In this document: positions 33,801-43,190 of the stretch, in pieces
Numbering within the stretch: the stretch's first letter is position 1
How the letters are laid out: every line of letters starts with the position of its first letter
From: Thraustotheca clavata
Lineage: Eukaryota
Assembly: GCA_002081575.1 (NCBI GenBank)
Contig: JNBS01000019.1
Span: 1-43,190 of the forward strand
Direction of reading: 5' to 3'
Length of the DNA: 43,190 nt
Program-made: the position numbers and the translations under genes
The notes under the pieces: generated by a model
Seen by the model: the letters and a program-made list of their open reading frames with translations, nothing else
Databases searched by the model: none
What the model was told of the DNA's origin: nothing

Positions 33801-36193
33801 AGAAGTTGGTGTCCAGCACGAATTACTGTTTAGTCGAGCTGCCTTTGGGTCACCAGATGAAGCTGTAAATTTGTCATCACTAATAATTTTCTTTTCAATT
33901 CCAAATGCAAATAATTCACCCTTTGGTGTAAACTCAGGTTTAAGAGCACTTGGTTTCGGTGCTTCAATGTTAGCACATTTTTCCAATGCGCAAAGTAATG
34001 ATTTTAAAGCCAAAGCGCGAGCTTTTGTACGATCTTCATCCATTTGAGGACTATCAGCTTGAGACTGTAGCTCTGAAGTCATAAGCTTTGTTGCATCATT
34101 AAACTACAATCAGGTTAGTTAGTTGTCAGTATAGTTTCTTTACATTAAATATGCGCCTTCTTTCCGATTTAAGAGTTATCACCAACGAGGTTTTGTAGTT
34201 TTGAACCATAGTTAATGTGATGTTCAAAGCTTTATCTCGATCGTCATATAGCAATTTACTTTCTTTAGTCGGTGTAGTTGATAAAGTACTACTCCAGGCA
34301 TTGTGTAAATTATCAATTTCATTGCTAATCGTGTCACTTAAGGTATTGGTTTGCCGTATTAATTCACTTTCCAATGCCATCATCTTAGCACTTTCTTCTT
34401 GAATGTTTTTGATTTTCGTACAAAGTTGATTTGCTGCTACATGCACTGACGAAGCATCAATATCATCGTTTGTTTTCCAAGCAGATACGTCTTTATCCAG
34501 AGAATCTTTAAAGACACAAATAAGTGTGCGAGCATCTTTAACATCTTGTTCTAATGCTTTGGCTTTTGCTGCCATTGAAATCCAGGAATCTTCACCAATT
34601 TCAAGCTCTCGTGTAGCTCGAATTGCCAATTCAATATCAGCTTTAGCTTCCAAGAGTTTCCATTTCTTAATCTTTTCATCTTGTGTTTTTTGGTCTGCTC
34701 GAGCTTTTTCTTTAGCTAGTTTCTTGCGTTCCAATTCATGTTGTTTACTTAATTTGGCTTTATCTTCCCATGTTTGCATACGAACTGCATCCATTTCTTG
34801 AATTTGCTTTTCAAATCGAGCAATCATTTCATTTTTTTCAAGTGGGTCAACGCTTGTGCTTTGTTGCTCCATAAGCCTCTTCTTTAAAGCTGCTATTTCT
34901 TCATTTAGTTGCGAGATTTGACTTGCTTCTTCATTCTTTTTAGCATTCACCTTAATAGATTTCGCTCGACTAGCATATTTAAGAGTGCCCAATGTTTCAA
35001 TAAAGTTGATATTTGCTGGAGATAGAGTTGCAAGCATAGAGCAAAGACTATTACCACCAAGAGATTCCTATGTTCATATTAACAGTGTTTCCATGTAGAT
35101 TTCTATACTTGGAGTACACGAGTTAATTTTGAGTTGCGATATGGAATAAATGATTTTTTTCCAGTACGTGCATCTTCAACAAGAGCATTAATAACATTTC
35201 CTAAAGCACTAAGAGATTTGTTGATATTGGCTCCTTCTTTAAGTCGAGTGCCAACAGCACCAGTTCCAGCAGCACGTTCCGAACCAGCAAGATCAACAAG
35301 ATTTACTTTAGCAAAAACGTTCTTGCTTTCATCCAACGAGTCTTTCTGATGAATCTTAATAACAAAAATTGAATGGGATCGGGAACTTTCAGAGTTCATA
35401 TTTGTATAGCCGACAGTGCGATTTTGTTGTCCTTGAGTCATTAAGTCAAGAACTTCTTCTCTTGACTCAACAACACGTTCTTGGAGGTCTTTTACATAGA
35501 TTCCTAACACACTATGCTCTTTAATTTCTAAGCCCTTGTTCTTTTTATCTTTTGAAGCACTATGTATGATAAAAGAATTTAATCAATTGAATTGGATACC
35601 TTGAATCGAGCAAATCATATATAATTTCATTGTAAATTTCAAAGAAAGAACACTCAACAAGAAATAGCTTATTTGGATTGTTTGTTTTTTCAGCCTAATT
35701 AAGATTACTTTGGCTTAAGACAATTCATGACTTACATAAACATGATCAAATAATGCTTTGTTCATTCTTGGAATCAAACCTTCAAGTTCTTCATGACCAG
35801 CAACACCAGTCATACTAAAAGTCTTTCCACTGCCAGTTTGTCCATAAGCAAATATTGTGCCATTATATCCTCCAAATGCTCGTTGCAATACGGGCTGACC
35901 AAAATCAACAAATACTTTTTGCTGTGCCGTGTCTATACCATAGACAAAATCAAACCCAAATCTAAATTCACCATCAATATTCATGAGTGATATTCACATT
36001 TACTCATGAACATCATCTTTGTTTTCGGGATTTGTCAACACTGCATTACCATTTTTGCACTAATAAAAATCATAATTCCAAGCAAACATGAAACACATAC
36101 CAAAAAGCACGATTCAGCTTGTTCTGCTATTTCTTTTTTGCTCATCGGACGACATCGTACAGCTACACGAATGTTTTCAGCGGACTCTGACAT
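30813..36193 (-). CDS. N-terminal kinesin motor with coiled coil, split F5/8 type C (discoidin) domain, inserted IFT54/TRAF3IP1-type CH domain and long coiled-coil tail; many exons
   Basis: MSESAENIRVAVRCRP, GQTGSGKT, NSESSRSH, DLAGSER, IPYRNSKLT and ETLGTLKYASRAK. ~40 nt GT-AG introns join the ORF pieces from the motor through the tail in frame. The stop may instead be at 30749 if a last intron (30779-30842) is spliced. Confidence 0.9.
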
Positions 36194-36376
36194 CGCCGCT
36201 AAATTTTGTATCTAAACTATGCTGACGCCTGTTCACTGAATTCGTGTTCTTATTGGTCCAAGGGCAATCTTTTTCTCGTATACAATTGGTCCATTTCATA
36301 ACGACCGCACATTGGATTGGTTGAAAAATGTGATACGTTCATGATGATTGGCTGGAAAATTAGTCAAATCACAGAT
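36194..36376. promoter_or_regulatory. Compact bidirectional promoter with five CCAAT (ATTGG) boxes
   Basis: 183 bp between divergent ATGs. ATTGG at ~36252, 36285, 36311, 36316 and 36347. Confidence 0.55.
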
Positions 36377-37019
36377 ATGACACAACGTGTGCAAGATGCT
36401 GAGACTGGTAGGAAATCTATGATACATGCAATTCTTAGTGTTCTTAAGGTGAATGGCTTGAGATAGAAGCTCCATTGAACATTGATAGAGCTGTGATGAA
36501 GTGCAATTATGCAGCTGCAGGTATGTATTCACCAAACAAGTTAGAAAAGGGTGAAATTCATTGTGAAACACAATCTACACGTGCTTTGGGAGGGCAAATT
36601 AACTGGGGAAAGCGTATGAACGCAATGCGAGCAGTATGTAAATGTTATTTCATGTAGATGAATATCTAGTACTATAGAATTATGAACGTAAAGCTCGGGA
36701 ATCATTACGTGGTCTTGAAGAACAAATGCAGGATCCATCATTAACTAAAGAAAAAGGTCGTGAATTGCAAGTTAAAATACTCGATAAAGTTAAATTGCAA
36801 TTGAAGACTCAATTATCACAACTTGTTACTGAAGAAATGACACGAGAAGCTGAAAGACAAGAATTGTATGCAGCTCAAGTATCTGAACATGAACGTAAAC
36901 GAATGCATGAAAAACATACTCGAGAGAGAGAATACTACAAGACACTTATTGAACATTCGAAAGAAGAAAATAATATGCTGTTGACGGCACTGATGGAAAA
37001 ATATAATTTTCTTCGTTAA
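36377..37019 (+). CDS. Hypothetical protein with C-terminal charged coiled coil; 3 exons
   Basis: MTQRVQDAETG|EWLEIEAPLNIDRAVMKC...MNAMRA|NYERKARESL...EEMTREAERQELY...HTREREYY... joined by two short GT-AG introns. Confidence 0.7.
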
Positions 37020-37069
37020 AGTTGTTAATTTTCTTATTGATCCACAATAGATACAATAGATTCGAAATA

Positions 37070-37596
37070 ATGGTGGACGATCTACAGTCTTCTGAAGAGG
37101 TAAATGTTATCTATTTCATGTGATTGAATTTAGTAGCTAGCATTTGTTGCCGAAGAAGTCGATCGGATTATTTTACAGGTAAATACATTTCCTTATAACT
37201 CGATTGAAAATGATTAGACTGTCGATTACATCCTTCGAGATCAAACGTATGATGATAATAATGTTGCACATTGGGTTGACTCGATATGTGATGGAATCAT
37301 GAAAGGTTTGGGTGAACTTCGCAAACCTCTCAAGTATATTGGTCTTATCTCTTCATTATAATTCTGCTCATTAAACCAATAGTGAGCTGCATCATCATGC
37401 AAAAGAATGGTGCTGGTGTTCACTCTGCAGTATCATGCCATTGGGATACTGCTATTGATGGTTCCTTGTTTGTTTATTAGGTTGAATGATCATATTGAGT
37501 GTAGGTGCTCATGTTGTCAAGTGGCCTAGCGATAAACACAAAGATCATAGTCGTACGATGTATTGTATAGTCACTGTGGGTGGTCTTGGTTTTTAG
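37070..37596 (+). CDS. DYNLT1: Dynein light chain Tctex-1 family; 5 exons (missed by the ORF track)
   Basis: Spliced [92 protein letters not shown]...KW...[26 protein letters not shown] and WD...DG are the family signature. Confidence 0.92.
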
Positions 37597-37668
37597 CTAG
37601 TAATGTACAATAATAACATGACAATATTGTACATTTGACTTCAGTTTCGCAACTAGAAAGTGCCCTTT

Positions 37669-40600
37669 ATGTCGGCACTGTTGTTAGCATGGCTTAATGG
37701 CGAAATTAAGCTTGAAAGATCAATTCAATCTCTTGAAAAAGACTTGAGCAATGGCTATTTACTTGGTCAATTGCTCATTCATCTTGGAATTGATCAAGAC
37801 TCTTCTTATAATGACACTGACGTTGTATCAAGTGTACTTGCTAACTTTGAACAACTCGCAACATCCCTTCGTCATGCTGATATAACTTTGCCTGTGGAGC
37901 TTGTACGAGGAATAATGATGGAGAAGAAAGGAGCTGTAGCCAAGGTCTATAGCTTGGTATAAATTAAGTTAATCTTGCTTGTAGCTTTTAATTCAAATTA
38001 AAAATTATGTCGATCGAAAGCAAAGCAAACCTCATCATCTAGAGCCATCAACAGCCTCGTTAAGACCACCACCAGCAGGAAAGAGTCGTCACATGCCACA
38101 TATTGAACCAGCAGTAAGTTTACTATTATGGCTATATACTCAATAGTTTCTAGGATGCAAAAGAACGATTTGTGGATAATCTTATCAGTACAATTGATCC
38201 TTCTGACTGGAACAACCACAATCGAGTTGACATGGCAATTCACTTGCGTAAATTTTCCGAGTTTATGTGGAATACTGAAGAAAACACAGCTAACGTTGTT
38301 TATTTTAATCAAGTAGACTCATTTATGTATTAGTTCTTTGCAAATGAAAAAGAAAAACAATTGAATCAAAAACAACAACAACGAAGTTCAGAGCTCACCC
38401 ACACCCATGAAAAGCAAAGTTTTTTAAAACAATGGACTGACAAAGGCCTTGAAGAATGGACTGCTAACCAAGTACTATATTAGTCAATAGTGCTCAAATC
38501 AATTATCAATAGAAACATAAATGCAATCGAGAAGCAGAAGAATTGCAATTTGAACTTAGTTTAAGAGAAAGGCGTCGTGTAATTGTAGCTCACCAAAACG
38601 ATGCTGCTGCTATGGATTTGGCTGATGGTGTATCATCATTTGATAAGAATTTCAAACGTCTTGGAATTAGCAATGGAGATGATGATAATCCTCAAAGATT
38701 AACCCCAATTCAAGGCACTGGACTTGAGCATCTTGTCGAGTTAGAACGCCGAGTGGAAGCATGTCATTTTCGACCATCAAGTAACATTCAAATGATGAAA
38801 GAACTACGAGAAAAGCGTAAAATGCACTTGAATGCTCAACGAGAACGAGCTAGTCGTCGTCGTAAAATGCTTGTTGATCAAACAAGAAATACCATTCAGG
38901 TTAAGATGAATTCTATTCATTTATGCTTAGTGTAGCTTTTAGGTCAACCGAAAGCAAGAAGAGACTGAATTATTACATCGTCTTGTTGTTGTTGGAAAGC
39001 GTCGACGAGAATCTCTAGCTCAATTGTGGGAAGCTCGCCACCAGCATAATAAAGCTAAAGAAGAAACTAATACTACGTTGGTGGTAAAAAAAGACAAATT
39101 TGTAGGGGAACTCGAAGATGCTGTAGCTACAAGTTTACAAGCTCTACATGAACAAGTTATGGCTCCTGAAATTGTAGCTAAACGTGAAGAAATACTTCGT
39201 GTTGCCCAAGAAGAAAATCGTGCTCACAATGAACGCAAACACTTGGCACATACAGTATTATGTACAAGTGTACTAAATATGTTTCTTGACTTTGTCCATG
39301 TCATCATATCCATTCGGTAAGCAATATTGACAACATTTAAACCATAACTTTATGTAGTGAAAAGGAGCAACAACCACTACAACCATCAGTGTATAGAGCT
39401 CTCAAACAACAATTTATCTCTGGCGAAATTTATGGCCAGCATCACAAGGGTAAACCTGTACCTACCGAGTTTAGTACAACCGAATTACACTTCTTGGTCC
39501 GTGATTACCTTCAGTGTCGAGGACCATTTACTGTGCCGGGATTAAGCAAATCAATTGAATGTGAACAATCTACAATTGTGAACAATAATTGCTTTATAGA
39601 TGCTAATTGTATATTTGATAGATCACACAAACTTTACACCGCCTTGCTACAATGCCTGAAGAAGAGCTTTTAAACACTAGCTGGCCAGCAATTGAACCTT
39701 TACAGCACCCATACTTAATTTGTTGGTACGCCAAAGACAGCAAAAGTATACTTGCATCGACCATGGCATTAGCTTGGCGAATGCAACTGATTACAATTGA
39801 AATGTGTATTGATCGATGCACTAAACAAAGTGAACGTGGCAAACCTATTGCAGGTGAAAAACCATCACCACTCGAAGTACTTTAAATTGGTTCATTTTCT
39901 TGTAATCATTAAATACTTAGGTGGAAATGGCTGCTTTAGCCACCAAAGCAGCCCAAGCTAAGGCAAAAACAGGTCATATTGCTGATAATATGGTGTCAGA
40001 CATGGTATGCAAAGCCGTTCTTCATATTTTTCTTTCAAGTCAACAAGATCCAAGTTTTTTAGGTCTTGTTTTAGTAAACTACCCACGGTAAACAGTAATA
40101 TAAAAAGCATGTCTAATTCATAAAATTTTTAGGACTAAAGATGAAGCCAAACAATTTGAAATTGAAATGATTAAACATCTTACAGAACTCTCTGATACTG
40201 AAGCTAGTGCTCGATTGACTCAGCTTATGGCTGGCATTGAAGATAAACCAGATACACCACGACCTCAATCAAGTATAGATTGGGTTATTTTTGTAGACAC
40301 TCCAACACAACTTTTGATTGAAAACGATGATAAAAAAGATGAAATGATCTCTCGTTGTGAAGCTTGGACATCAACAGCATCTTCATTGCAAGCTTTTTGG
40401 AAGCCATTTGGATGTGTTTTCACGGTAAGTATAAAACACATTTAGCTGCTTTAACTTTGTATATTCAGGTTGGTATAAATGATCCTACCGATTATGCCAT
40501 TAAAGAATCATTAAATGCACTTATACGTCAACCACCTTTGCAATCTCATTTGCTTCAAACCACTGATTCCATTGCTTTTACCGAGCTTCTGAATCATACT

Positions 40601-42437
40601 AAACAAATACGCCGTCAATCTATGCCTCGAGATGAATTGTTAATATGCAGACATCTTTGTGGTGAATTAAAATTACCCAAAATCACGATTCACGAACTAG
40701 ATCAAGATTTACGTATAAATGTATTCTCCTTTTATAGTTATACCAATGCTAATGTTTCTTAGGACATTGATGTAATTGCGACTCGTCGAATGAATATAAT
40801 GCACATTTTTTATGAGGGCATTTTCCAAATCTCTCATATTGTTGTGTCATTTCGACGAAAGCTTTTAGAATTACTAAGTGGAAATCAATCCCAACAATCT
40901 CAAATCAATCAAGCCCTCCACAAACTTCATCACTTGAATAAAACCAACTCAAAGCAATATCAACTCGCTTCTAAGGTAAGTTCTATCTCTTATAAGGAGT
41001 TGATTGTTATTGTAGCAAATTATTATGGGACTCGAAGTAAGCTTAGGTGATATTGTAGATGATCTCAGAAAATGTGCAAATGAATTTATTCACACTGATG
41101 CATCATGGCCTTTAGCTGTGGATGAGTATATTGAACAGCTTAAAACATGGGCTAAAACTTTTATTGAAATTGAAAAGCAGTATTACCATCGACGAAAATT
41201 GCATTTTGAGACGTATTATACTGTGGTGGAACCAACTCCAAGCAACTCTCGAGTTCAACCACGTTCACCAGAACTAAAAGCTGCTTTTATTGAGATTTCA
41301 ACAACTTCATCATTAAACCAATTTCTTGGAAATCTTGTAGCCGAAATACTTGGAGATGATGATCCCCAAGAAGATAATGAACGGAACCAAGTTCTTGGAG
41401 TGGAACTTGATACATTTCTTCAGCATGTGATTGTTATTGTCAAATTCATTGACAAGCTTATTGACACCATTATGCCCCTAAAAGAAAGAGAGTTTGAGAG
41501 CTTTGAATTGATCATTATGGAGAATGTACAGCAAGAATTTCATTTTATTCAAAAAGTTATTTCATGTATTCCAAGTCATGTCATTAATAATGACTGGACA
41601 AATGTGCTTTGGCCTCGAGTACAATCTCTTTTGACACCACTGGATGGACATGGAATTTGTATTGCTCAACATTATAATTTCATTACAATTCCAGCATTGC
41701 ATCGACTAATAAGTACTTTGAAAGCAGTAGCAGCTCAAGCTACAACAATTCCATTGTCAACTTTTATCCAAGTTAATATTGAACTTGCTACTAAAGAACA
41801 ATGGCCTACAATTTGGACATCATTTACTGCTATTTCCAATGCTGGTTTGGCTTTTTGTTGTATGAATCATAAACAAGTGGAATGGCAAAGATTAGTTTTA
41901 TCCATTATGACAGCTCAATATTTACCATTACCTCGCTCTCATGACCTTGAAAAAATTCAATTGCATTTTAAATCACAGTATGGTAATATCGATTTAGATG
42001 CATTTTGGACTGATCGAGATGAGTTTATGAAAATTCCAATGTGGTTTAATGACTTGAAAGATGCCAAAGCATTGAAAGAACTTTTATATGATGTTTTTTC
42101 AAAAGATGATGGTCGAATTGTAGTTGCTGATTTTTTACTTTATGAGTGTATTTCTACATACCCACTTGACATTATACAAGTGTACCATAACAATATGGCT
42201 TCTTTTTCAAGAGGATTAGGAAAAGCATATAAATTACTTTACCATTGGAATGAACAATACGAATGGAATACAGCAAAAACAGAGCTTCTATGTAAATTTG
42301 CAGGTGTTCCTATTATACCAAATTTGAATGGTACTGATGAGGAAAATTTTCTTGAAGCTTGTGCATCTGAAATACCTTGTCTTGCAAATAAGTTTATCTT
42401 GTACAATTTTTACGACTATCTTGTCGAGAACTTGTAA
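37669..42437 (+). CDS. SPEF2: SPEF2/CPC1-like central-pair flagellar protein (N-terminal CH, coiled coil, degenerate adenylate kinase-like domain, C-terminal EF-hand-like region); many exons
   Basis: MSALLLAWLNGEIKLERSIQSLEKDLSNGYLLGQLL matches the SPEF2 N-terminus. Also RERASRRRKMLVDQ, the AK-like GLVLVNYPR|TKDEAKQFE, and VEWQRLVLS...LPLP near the C-terminus. ORF pieces are linked by short introns. Confidence 0.8.
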
Positions 42438-42548
42438 TAGATTAGCCATAAAGGAATGAGAAATAATATTTGTACTTGTCATAATATTACTACTCAGATT
42501 GGATCGAACTAGGATAATTATTAGTAAAAGTAATAATGAAAATTGTAC

Positions 42549-43190
42549 CTAGTGAGTGAGCTTCTTTTTTGTTTCTTGTGCTCGTTTGTAGAATTTAGCA
42601 TCTTTTTCAGCTTGAAGTTTACGTTGCTCTTCAATATAATCTTCTTGTTGTTGTAATTTAAACATCTCTCGACGTTCTTTTTCAACAAGCCATGCTTGAA
42701 TTTTAGCTTGTTTTTTCATTGCTTTTTCAGCAGCTTTAATTTCATCTTCTTCTGATCGTTTAGATGGAGTATCAGTTTGCCATGTTGTATCAATATCATT
42801 GCTTGTTTTTCCTCTTACACGAAAAGCAACTTCAGGAGCTTTATTACTTGTTGTCATTGCTAAATGTAGTTTATAAGTATTATAAGTAAGAAATAAAATC
42901 TTGATTTATCTTACATTTTGCTCGACTTCGTGAAAATGATGCATTAGAAAGGACGGATTTGTTATAAATTGGTGTAGTTGGACAATTCACTTTTAATCCT
43001 TTAAAACTTGCATCAAGTACACTTTTCAATTCATCTTCTTCAATTTCAAACTTAAAGAATCGATCTGTAGTCTCTTTTAATCGCATTAGAATACCTTCCA
43101 ATTGCTACACAAAAAGTTACCCAAGATAACATAATATCAAATAGTACTTGATTTTGGATTGTAAGATTGCGATCTAAATCCATAGACTCT
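42549..43190 (-). CDS. 3' part of a coiled-coil hypothetical protein (starts beyond the window)
   Basis: Exons ESMDLDRNLTIQNQ | QLEGILMRLKE...SRAK | SMTTSNK...KQAKIQAWLVEKERRE...TKKKLTH* joined by GT-AG introns. Confidence 0.7.

Overview
AT-rich, gene-dense eukaryotic DNA with very short (mostly ~40-48 nt) spliceosomal introns. Gene content (M96-family, C-x-C-HGGG repeat protein, FKBP-TPR-cyclophilin fusion, expanded F-box-like/LRR family, flagellar genes) points to an oomycete, probably Saprolegniales (inference). About 20 genes were reconstructed by hand: two Myb-domain genes, an RNI-like LRR protein, two tandem 4-TM proteins, NVL/Rix7, eIF3m, a C2orf81-like protein, a C2 protein, a Q-rich Cys/HGGG-repeat protein, ATP23, an orphan ORF, an M96-family protein, LENG1-like, an F-box-like LRR protein, FCBP, a kinesin, a coiled-coil protein, Tctex-1, SPEF2-like and a partial coiled-coil gene. 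There are also two LRR pseudogenes and a truncated B-lectin. Highlights: (1) a kinesin whose tail has an F5/8 type C (discoidin) domain split by an inserted IFT54/TRAF3IP1-type CH domain, next to a run of flagellar genes; (2) a 1.5 kb hAT-like non-autonomous transposon with TIRs and an 8-bp TSD inserted 10 bp upstream of the ATP23 start; (3) a four-unit palindromic CCAAT array; (4) E2F+CHR-like composite sites upstream of both Myb genes. All family assignments are from motif recognition, not database searches.
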